34,882 bases of DNA. Origin: Clostridia bacterium (GTDB lineage Bacteria; Bacillota; Clostridia; Christensenellales; UBA1242). A program made the translations under genes and the position numbers. Positions within the stretch are counted from its first letter, which is position 1; each line of letters begins with the position of its first letter. Shown here piece after piece: positions 27,460-34,882 of the stretch. Location: assembly GCA_017505165.1 (NCBI GenBank), contig JAFVPU010000150.1, positions 1-34,882 of the forward strand, written 5' to 3'. Under the pieces are notes generated by a model that saw nothing but the letters and a program-made list of their open reading frames with translations, was not told the DNA's origin and ran no database searches.

Positions 27460-27545
27460 GCTGTTAGGTAAATTCCATCCGTAGACACTGCAAATCCTCC
27501 TGCCTGATGCAGTGTCTTAATTTAGGCAGCACACCGAGGTGACAT

Positions 27546-29339
27546 ATGGCCACCTATCAAGAACTTGTAACTAGAGCAGAAACTGCTGCTGCATCTGCAG
27601 CGCAAAGCGCGTCAAACACAGCCGCTGATAAACTAACAGTTCAGGGTTATGTTGACAGAATAACTGGTCTTCTAAACAATGCATCTACACTTACAACACC
27701 AACTATCACGGTCGATCCTCAAACAGGAAGAATATCGGTTTCGTGTAGTGCATCTGTTGGAAATGTTGCATCTTCAACTATAAAAACAAATACTCTCTTG
27801 CTGACTGAAGTCGCAGGGAATAATCTCGATCCTGCTATCATCAAAGATGGTGAAACTATCTTTGGTGTGACGGGTAGTTATCAAGGAAGTGGTGGAACTG
27901 GAATAATTGATTGTGTCAAAATTGATCAATACCAAAAATATGTTCCACCATTTACCGCACCATCACAAATTATCGTATCTGGACTAACAACAATCGGTGA
28001 CCCAAATGATTTTGGTGTAGATCTGTCGATGTTCAATGGAACATACGAACCAACATCAGATACACTACTTGAATCTGGTTACAACAGATTGTATAAGAGT
28101 ACATCTGGCGAATATTACCTAAAAGGTTTTGATGCGTCCACTATCGAATTCAGTGAGACACCTTCTGGATGGTACTTTGTGACATCACCAACCGCCTATA
28201 TTGGATATGAATCTGCTGGTTTTGAAGGAAGTACCATCACTAGTGGAACTGTCACTATCAATTCATCCAGTTATGGTTCAACGACATGTTCCATGACAGT
28301 GTCGACATCTAACTATGGTCAAAATCTTATTCTTTCTGGAAAGTTAGTAACGTCGTTAGATGAATCCAAACGTCATTGGAAATTGTCTGATTCTGTATCA
28401 AATTTCACTACATTTGATTTCACACCTAGCGTTGGTAAAATTTACATAGCAAAAGGTGGTAGAGTGTGTGGAAATCCAATCGACACATACACAACCGGTT
28501 ATCCAGAGAGAGCCATCGACGATAATACTATCTTGTATCTTCCGTTTGGTTCAGAACCATTGCTAGACAGATCTAGATATGATCACCAGATCGTTGTTCA
28601 GCAGTTCGGTACTACCACTACGCCTGGTTTTCCTGAAACTATTGATAAATCATCTCTTTATACCAGTTCTGAACTACCACAAGGAAAACAATTGAGTGAC
28701 TTTACTTCTGTTGTTTGGAGTGTTGGTGGAGAAACTTATGCTCACGAGGGTGTCAACGAATTGTCTAATCCAGGTTTTCTGAATAGATATGTATTTCAGA
28801 ATATGTCATATCTTCAAGTAACTCCAATTGACAATGAATTCGCATTTGGTAGTAAGGACTTTACATTTGAAGCTTATATCTACCTGGACATAGCAAAACT
28901 GATCTCATATCAATATCGTGAACCACGAATCTATGCCAATAGTCAGAATCCATTTTTGGGGCTGTTAGCAGTAATTGATACGTATGATTATACTGATGGA
29001 ATGGTAGCCACAATACAGTACTACGATTCAGTTTCAACAGGTGTAACCATAAATGACAAAACATGGTATCATATCGCACAAGTCAGATATGGCAATAACT
29101 TCCTGCTGTTCCTGGATGGTACACTAGTATCATCAAAAACGGCTAGTGAGCTCGGAAGTAGTGCTACATCAAGTATTGGCGGAACTAGTGCTATAAGGAT
29201 CGGTTCAGGACCAGATTGGGACGGTTGGCCATGGGTTGGAAAGATGGCTGATGTTCGTCTCTCAAATGTGGCACGATACACCTCCGATTTTACACCTCTC
29301 ACTCGGTGTATTTACACAACGGCACCTTCACAAGCGTAA
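27546..29339 (+). CDS. Tail-associated protein with C-terminal LamG/concanavalin A-like domain
   Basis: FGSKDFTFEAYI...WYHIAQVR...LFLDG...GKMADVRLSNVARYTSDFTP; fibre-type motif NLDPAIIKDGETIFGVTG. Confidence 0.8.
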   Translation: MATYQELVTRAETAAASAAQSASNTAADKLTVQGYVDRITGLLNNASTLTTPTITVDPQTGRISVSCSASVGNVASSTIKTNTLLLTEVAGNNLDPAIIKDGETIFGVTGSYQGSGGTGIIDCVKIDQYQKYVPPFTAPSQIIVSGLTTIGDPNDFGVDLSMFNGTYEPTSDTLLESGYNRLYKSTSGEYYLKGFDASTIEFSETPSGWYFVTSPTAYIGYESAGFEGSTITSGTVTINSSSYGSTTCSMTVSTSNYGQNLILSGKLVTSLDESKRHWKLSDSVSNFTTFDFTPSVGKIYIAKGGRVCGNPIDTYTTGYPERAIDDNTILYLPFGSEPLLDRSRYDHQIVVQQFGTTTTPGFPETIDKSSLYTSSELPQGKQLSDFTSVVWSVGGETYAHEGVNELSNPGFLNRYVFQNMSYLQVTPIDNEFAFGSKDFTFEAYIYLDIAKLISYQYREPRIYANSQNPFLGLLAVIDTYDYTDGMVATIQYYDSVSTGVTINDKTWYHIAQVRYGNNFLLFLDGTLVSSKTASELGSSATSSIGGTSAIRIGSGPDWDGWPWVGKMADVRLSNVARYTSDFTPLTRCIYTTAPSQA

Positions 29340-29353
29340 TTAACAAACATCAC

Positions 29354-29389
29354 AAGTAGTAAGTGTTGTTATAACAACACTTACTACTT
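29354..29389. terminator. Perfect 36-bp palindrome
   Basis: AAGTAGTAAGTGTTGTTA/TAACAACACTTACTACTT. Confidence 0.65.
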
Positions 29390-29412
29390 TAAATTTATCA
29401 TAGGAGATTCTA

Positions 29413-30090
29413 ATGACATTTATTTGGGACATTTACAGAGGAGCGTATAGATTTACTGAAAAAGAAGAAAAGATAACACGATGGTTTTTAAGACTACTTA
29501 TTAAAGAATGTCCGAAAACCTGTTCTTTTTTGCTTTTACTCGACTTGGATAAGATTGAATTTTACTGGGCACCTGGTATGACAATAGATAATGGAATACA
29601 AGGTGCGTGGTGTGTCACATCTCCAAATCGAATTTATATGGTAGCATTAGATGAACAACTCTACCATTGTGGTCGACCATCAACCACGATCAAAGATGAT
29701 CTAACAGACGCAAGAATGCAACATTTACTGATGAGATGTATATCGGTGACTATGGTACATGAGCTAACACATATGTTGCAATTCAAAACAAATCCATTCT
29801 TATACTCTATCAATCGATTGGTAACACTGTTCGTTGACCGTATTCCATTCCTTGAAATGATAGGTATTGAATACGATGCAAGATCAAATAGCGAAACGGA
29901 AGAATTTTATGAATTTGTTGAGAAGCTTGAATGTTGCATTTCAACATATACAGCTGCCATTCATTCGAAACCACCATCCGATGAAAACTTTTTGTATCTC
30001 AATTGGTGTGAAAGCTATCCCGAAACATCCTATGAAGGTAAGAAGTTTCGTGAACTAACACTCGAATACGTAAACATGATCAATGAATAA
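29413..30090 (+). CDS. Zincin-like metallopeptidase (HExxH)
   Basis: TMVHELTHMLQ plus downstream IEYDAR; AGGAG RBS. Confidence 0.75.
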   Translation: MTFIWDIYRGAYRFTEKEEKITRWFLRLLIKECPKTCSFLLLLDLDKIEFYWAPGMTIDNGIQGAWCVTSPNRIYMVALDEQLYHCGRPSTTIKDDLTDARMQHLLMRCISVTMVHELTHMLQFKTNPFLYSINRLVTLFVDRIPFLEMIGIEYDARSNSETEEFYEFVEKLECCISTYTAAIHSKPPSDENFLYLNWCESYPETSYEGKKFRELTLEYVNMINE

Positions 30091-30096
30091 ATCAAC

Positions 30097-30127
30097 GTGT
30101 TAGTGGTGAACAACTCACCACTAACAC
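30097..30127. terminator. Intergenic hairpin
   Basis: 13-bp stem GTGTTAGTGGTGA/TCACCACTAACAC with no U-tract. Confidence 0.55.
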
Positions 30128-30142
30128 CATATCGAGGAAATT

Positions 30143-30898
30143 ATGTCAGCAACAACCATTATTAACCAATCATCTCCTCATATGTTCTTTGTTACACCCG
30201 AAGGTATAACAGTCATGGGTAGAACCCGTGTATATGAAACATATGACAGAATGTTAGAGGATCCGAATCCTCCAAAATTCGCATGGGTGATCGATGCTAC
30301 AGGAGATACTACTGTTTCTGAAGGTGCTGCTTTCTATGCTTACAAAGATGGTAGATGGCGTAAACTGTATGAATCAGAAGCAATGGACAATGAGAATTTA
30401 AACAAACCAGATGGTTATGATGAACTCGTTGATACAGTATCTCTTCTTAAAGCAACAGTTATTACACTACAATCATCAAAACTTGACAAAGTTCCAGGTA
30501 AGGGACTTTCAACAAACGACTTCTCTGATACATACAAACAATGGATTGATTCATTTGAGCATTATGACGACACACAGATAAAAGATATGATTCTATCTGA
30601 AGTGACAAATCGAACTAATGCTCTTTTGAATAAAGTTGATAAAGAAGTAGGAAAGGGATTATCATCCAACGACTTCACTGATCAAGATAAAGAAAAACTT
30701 GATTCTATTGAACCCTACGATGATACCCAGATAAAAGAACTTATAGATCGAAAAGAGCAATCTCTAAAACAGAGTATTGCAACTAAAGCATCTACAGCTG
30801 ATCTTCTTGCATTTAAAAACAGACTAGGTGCTGTCGAACAAGAAGTTCTTGGCGCATCAGAAACTCTATCTGCTATCGAGGAGCTAGTAGGACAATGA
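30143..30898 (+). CDS. Short fibre-like protein sharing the N-terminal module of the long fibre
   Basis: N-terminal ~80 aa similar to 21727..26790; two repeats with a 51-aa period (K.DK..GKGLS.NDF.D...YDDTQIK). Confidence 0.75.
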   Translation: MSATTIINQSSPHMFFVTPEGITVMGRTRVYETYDRMLEDPNPPKFAWVIDATGDTTVSEGAAFYAYKDGRWRKLYESEAMDNENLNKPDGYDELVDTVSLLKATVITLQSSKLDKVPGKGLSTNDFSDTYKQWIDSFEHYDDTQIKDMILSEVTNRTNALLNKVDKEVGKGLSSNDFTDQDKEKLDSIEPYDDTQIKELIDRKEQSLKQSIATKASTADLLAFKNRLGAVEQEVLGASETLSAIEELVGQ

Positions 30899-31350
30899 CA
30901 CTACGTGAGAGACTAGCAATAGTGAAGAACTCTCTTACTAACCATATGGTTAGAATAAAAGAAGCACTTCTTATCAAAGGAGTAAAAACTCCTGAACATA
31001 TGACATACTCACTTGTGGCTGATTACATCAGACAAATCTATCAAGAAGATTTTGAGTTTGTCTTTAATTTTTTAGATATAGACCAGTTCGGTTCTCCACA
31101 TATTCCAAATACCGGACAATCTATAGGAGGTATGATAGGAATAACACCTGATATGGATGATCTTATTATACCACAATACAGCTTCACATCTGCATTTGGG
31201 TTCTATGCTACTATAAGTGTGTCTGGTCATGACTACTGGTCGAACAAACCACCAATAACAGTTATGGCTGATGTCGAACTCAAGACAATTGAAGAATTTA
31301 ATGAACAAACAGTACCAGAGGAATTGAATTATGATCCTACACTCCAATGA
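30895..31350 (+). CDS. Hypothetical tail-associated protein
   Basis: ATGA coupling to the upstream gene; IKEALLIKGV...VADYIRQI resembles phage tail N-terminal helices. Confidence 0.65.
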   Translation: MTLRERLAIVKNSLTNHMVRIKEALLIKGVKTPEHMTYSLVADYIRQIYQEDFEFVFNFLDIDQFGSPHIPNTGQSIGGMIGITPDMDDLIIPQYSFTSAFGFYATISVSGHDYWSNKPPITVMADVELKTIEEFNEQTVPEELNYDPTLQ

Positions 31351-33466
31351 ATATGAAGTTAGATACATCGACCCTGCTATATTAACATCTGGCGATGGTC
31401 TTACACCTAAAACTGCATATAAAGATTTCCCAACAACAGCATCTGAATATCCTGAACACGTTGCGTTCATTGTTCGTAGAACATCTGACAATGTTGCTAC
31501 ATCTCTTCCTGAAAATCTTTCAATCAATTCATTATCACTTGCTATCATTGGCATGCCCAAATCAACAGATGCTATCTATGATATTATTCCTCAAGAAGCT
31601 AAAACTGCATGGGGCAATGATGGTGGTGATTATGGATATGTCTTACACGATGTGAATGAACGTAGTGTATGTGGTATTATCGCTGATAACTGCAAAGCGT
31701 TTGATCTGCGATACATAGCGTTAATGGATAATAACAGTGCTCATTGTGCAGAAAAAGCTATACGAGTACGTAATAGTACATACGGATGCAATGCTACTGT
31801 CGATCACTGCTGGTTTCGTGCGCTCACCGATTGGGTTGGTACAGGAGAACAGCCGTCCCATATCTACTACGGGGGTAAATACCTCAGCATAAATGAAGGT
31901 GATAGGAATTCTTATAACCGTTTTGGTCATCGTGTAATATTCACAAATAACAGAATTGATGTCTGGTCAAGAGTTTCAACAGAAGCATTCTGGATGTGTT
32001 TCACAGAATATATTGAAATTAGAAATATTGAAATCAATTGTTTACAAACCGATGTATCCAATGCAATAATCTATTTAGGACGTGGTGATTACACTGAAAA
32101 AGCACCTATAGTGTTTGTAGACAATGTCCACGCCAAATACTATTATTATCCAAATCATGGCGATTACTTTAGAACAATCATGGACTTTAGTAGATGTCTG
32201 TATTGTACAATACAAAATTGCTCTTATGAAAAATCCGATACGCAATATTGGACGCCATACTACAACAGCGTTAGATTCAATTCTTTTATTCACGTTACAT
32301 TGTTATCGTCTGGATCTATTATTAAAAACATCAATATTGATTATTCAGATGTACGTGGTGAATATCAATATGGTGTTGACATTGAGTATAATCAGAGATA
32401 CAATCCAGAAGATGCTCAATACGGGCAATACACGAAACTGGAAGATATAACTGTTACATGTTGTAGTGATACACCTATATACAACGACGGTCACAACAGT
32501 TACAATAGAGAAAACACTTATAGTGAAAAGGGATCTCATGAATACCACCTTGTTCGTGCTAGGATGAGTAACGATCAAGATCGTGTTGTTTCAACAGATT
32601 TCCTAATCAAAAACCTGAAGATAAATGCTCCATTTGGTCGTGCGTTATATGCAACCCAGAGTCTTATCGACATGAAAACAATGGACATTTATGGAACAAT
32701 TTCTGTTACAAATTGTATGGGTAAGATCGGATCTGTTAACACATGGTATCCTGGATACTGCGTTGCTGATAATGGCGGAAACCTATTGCACATCAACACT
32801 ATTGAGTGTAATCGATTCAATACGTCATTCCCTTACACAGGACAGCATGCAATAATTCCATCATATCGATCGAACATTCTTGTTACAGATTGTAACATCG
32901 AAATGATGCCTAATACCGTGAATACTGAAGCACAGAGAAACTGCTCGTACATTTGTACAAATAACAACAGTCATATCACCACTGGAAACTACTTTGTCAG
33001 AAACCAAAGATCATTCTGTCGTACATGGTCTGTGAATAGAGTTGGTTCTTATGGTGGTTGTTCTCTTAAACTATCGAATGAATCCGGTGGTTCAGACTGG
33101 AACTATCCTCTGCTCGTTGGTGGTCTTCCGTTCAAAGGTGTCACAAAAACCTGTGAATCTGCTGGTAACTATGTTGCAAAAATATACGCAACCACTTATG
33201 GTTACAATGATCCATCAATGATCTCTGACATGCTCAAAGTTCGTATCACAAAAGAAGACAAGTCTATCGTAACAAGTTATGATGGAAATTGGTCTCGTGA
33301 TGAAACCAGTGTTTGGGAGAACATTGAAGCTGGAACAGCATATGTTCTCGAAATCCCATTCACGGTTGATAAAGCACAGGATATCGAATTTGAGTTTGCA
33401 TTTTCGTGGGATATGATCGGTGGTGCAACGTACCTCGACCCACACCCAGTAATCGAAAAACAATAA
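31331..33466 (+). CDS. Putative beta-helix tailspike-like protein
   Basis: YIDP...GDGLTPKTAY N-terminal motif typical of pectin-lyase-fold proteins; many xIxNxxI strands. Confidence 0.6.
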   Translation: MILHSNEYEVRYIDPAILTSGDGLTPKTAYKDFPTTASEYPEHVAFIVRRTSDNVATSLPENLSINSLSLAIIGMPKSTDAIYDIIPQEAKTAWGNDGGDYGYVLHDVNERSVCGIIADNCKAFDLRYIALMDNNSAHCAEKAIRVRNSTYGCNATVDHCWFRALTDWVGTGEQPSHIYYGGKYLSINEGDRNSYNRFGHRVIFTNNRIDVWSRVSTEAFWMCFTEYIEIRNIEINCLQTDVSNAIIYLGRGDYTEKAPIVFVDNVHAKYYYYPNHGDYFRTIMDFSRCLYCTIQNCSYEKSDTQYWTPYYNSVRFNSFIHVTLLSSGSIIKNINIDYSDVRGEYQYGVDIEYNQRYNPEDAQYGQYTKLEDITVTCCSDTPIYNDGHNSYNRENTYSEKGSHEYHLVRARMSNDQDRVVSTDFLIKNLKINAPFGRALYATQSLIDMKTMDIYGTISVTNCMGKIGSVNTWYPGYCVADNGGNLLHINTIECNRFNTSFPYTGQHAIIPSYRSNILVTDCNIEMMPNTVNTEAQRNCSYICTNNNSHITTGNYFVRNQRSFCRTWSVNRVGSYGGCSLKLSNESGGSDWNYPLLVGGLPFKGVTKTCESAGNYVAKIYATTYGYNDPSMISDMLKVRITKEDKSIVTSYDGNWSRDETSVWENIEAGTAYVLEIPFTVDKAQDIEFEFAFSWDMIGGATYLDPHPVIEKQ

Positions 33467-33472
33467 AAATAC

Positions 33473-33510
33473 AAGTAGATAGAGTCGTGTTTACACGACT
33501 CTATCTACTT
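33473..33510. terminator. Bidirectional hairpin between convergent genes
   Basis: 18-bp inverted repeat AAGTAGATAGAGTCGTGT/ACACGACTCTATCTACTT. Confidence 0.8.
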
Positions 33511-33523
33511 TTCACATATTCAT

Positions 33524-34573
33524 TTACAATTCATGCACGTATTCTGTATTGACATACCACATTCCGATTTTAAACGGACTATCTCCAAATGTTTGATGTC
33601 TATAGAAGATTTCACATTTGGATCCATCAAGCGTTTTGTAATACGTAGAAACAGGATCTTCTTCAAGTTTTTCACGTTCAGTTCTAGATAGATATAAGTT
33701 TTTCTTTTCAATGTCTTTTTCAAACACTTCAAGATAAACTTTATTACCATCGACAACAACTCGACAATAGTCTTTAGCTACAACCAAATTAGTGCTTGTG
33801 CACACTTGGGTATAATCAGGATTTCTTCTCCATCTGAGAATAGTTTCCTGTATATTTACATGGGTGTTTTGAGGCTTTTCAAACTCTTCGAGAGTTTCTT
33901 TGACATTTTCGATGATGATCTCTTTGATCTCAGATTCAGCATTCTCTAGAAGCCACACAAGCATATCACCATGACACAGTTGTGGAGCACAGTAACAACC
34001 AAGTGTTTTTCCTTTAAGTTCAAAGATATGTTGAAGCAATGAAGGTTTCTTCAACAAATAGTCAGTAAACATAGCAATCACGTATTCACGATTTCTTGTA
34101 TCAGATATAGCATATGGATTTCCCCAGATAGATCCTTCACCTCGACCAATATAAACTTCATACGGATCGCGTTTACACATCTTAACAATATCAGGATGTG
34201 GCTTAATGATATCATTATCTGAGATTGATATAATAAGAGGTTTGATTCCACGCTGATAAACGAATTCAATCAATTCTTTTGTTGAAGGAGATTTTCCATC
34301 CCAAAAGAATATAGCTTCAGTTACCATCTTAGCAAGTTCTCTATTTCGTATAGTACCTGCTTGTTTTCCGTATTTATTCCACTCAGCATCATACGCTTCG
34401 TACACATGACCATTACACTCGGCATAAACGGCTGCTAATTGATCTGCGCCATCAGCTCCACCATTTACAATGATAGCGTCTTGTGGTAAGTACCATTTAA
34501 GTTGTCTGTAAAATATAAAGTAGTTGTTAAAACTACGACTTCCAGCAATCAAGTATCTTCTTAATTTTGCCAT
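33524..34573 (-). CDS. SLOG (DUF2493/YspA-like) + DUF4326 + unknown domain fusion
   Basis: IAGSRSF, GGADGAD, YGKQAGTIRN and FWDGKS (SLOG); YIGRG..WGNPY and LKGKTLGCYCAPQLCHGD (DUF4326). Confidence 0.85.
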   Translation of the reverse strand: MAKLRRYLIAGSRSFNNYFIFYRQLKWYLPQDAIIVNGGADGADQLAAVYAECNGHVYEAYDAEWNKYGKQAGTIRNRELAKMVTEAIFFWDGKSPSTKELIEFVYQRGIKPLIISISDNDIIKPHPDIVKMCKRDPYEVYIGRGEGSIWGNPYAISDTRNREYVIAMFTDYLLKKPSLLQHIFELKGKTLGCYCAPQLCHGDMLVWLLENAESEIKEIIIENVKETLEEFEKPQNTHVNIQETILRWRRNPDYTQVCTSTNLVVAKDYCRVVVDGNKVYLEVFEKDIEKKNLYLSRTEREKLEEDPVSTYYKTLDGSKCEIFYRHQTFGDSPFKIGMWYVNTEYVHEL

Positions 34574-34606
34574 AGTTCACCTCCATGAAACTTTCATATT
34601 GTAATG

Positions 34607-34616
34607 GCATCCTATA
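34607..34616 (+). promoter_or_regulatory. Putative late promoter (GCATCCTATA)
   Basis: Motif copy about 27 nt before the ATG at 34644. Confidence 0.55.
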
Positions 34617-34643
34617 AGAATAAATTATAACAGAGAGGTATCG

Positions 34644-34882
34644 ATGCAACATTTTAACTATGCTGACAATAGAGCAATACATCTCCTTGCTACATATATC
34701 AGCGAGGGATACCTATTTCCTGATGTTATTGAAAAAGATTGTAAATTCATGTTAGTAACTCCAAGAGTAATACATAAATACAAATTCATTTGGAATAGCA
34801 AAATCTCAAAAGTTACACTAAATGCATTTACAAATACTGTCTACATTCCTCGTCACATCAATGATAGAAAAATGAATTCAAA
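34644..34882 (+). CDS. Hypothetical protein, truncated at window edge
   Basis: GAGGT RBS; MQHFNYADNRAIHLLATY... stays open to the end of the window. Confidence 0.7.
   Translation, partial: MQHFNYADNRAIHLLATYISEGYLFPDVIEKDCKFMLVTPRVIHKYKFIWNSKISKVTLNAFTNTVYIPRHINDRKMNS

Noticed and set aside
21727-33466. Diversity-generating retroelement or shufflon acting on the fibre genes
   Set aside because: No reverse transcriptase, invertase or near-identical TR/VR repeat pair seen in this window.
1-34882. Stop-codon reassignment
   Set aside because: Standard code 11 gives long, tightly packed genes, and TAA, TGA and TAG all occur as plausible stops.

Overview
AT-rich, densely coding fragment of a jumbo bacteriophage genome, most likely phiKZ-like (Chimalliviridae-like). 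This assignment rests on pattern recognition, not a database search. Support: (i) a divergent virion block that resembles the phiKZ gp90/gp89 <- -> gp88/gp87 arrangement; (ii) S/A/G-x-E maturation-protease-like sites near the N-termini of head-type proteins; (iii) four minus-strand copies of the phiKZ-type early promoter TATATTAC, here extended to TATATTAC-N5-TGA; (iv) a recurring CATnCTAT(G/A) late-type motif, mostly upstream of virion genes. The window also holds a tail-fibre/receptor-binding cluster (21.7-33.5 kb) and accessory genes: a P-loop kinase, a degenerate dUTPase, a secreted i-type-like lysozyme, a dNMP kinase, a DHH phosphoesterase, an acidic Zn-ribbon protein and a SLOG-DUF4326 fusion. 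The least explained signals are non-coding: a ~205-nt switch-like structured early leader containing a 34-codon ORF (2093-2300), a 99-nt rod hairpin before the lysozyme gene, a run of six hairpins in one intergenic region (17163-17426) and a possible pseudoknot at 27483-27529. No tRNA, rRNA, CRISPR array, integrase, transposase or reverse transcriptase was seen.
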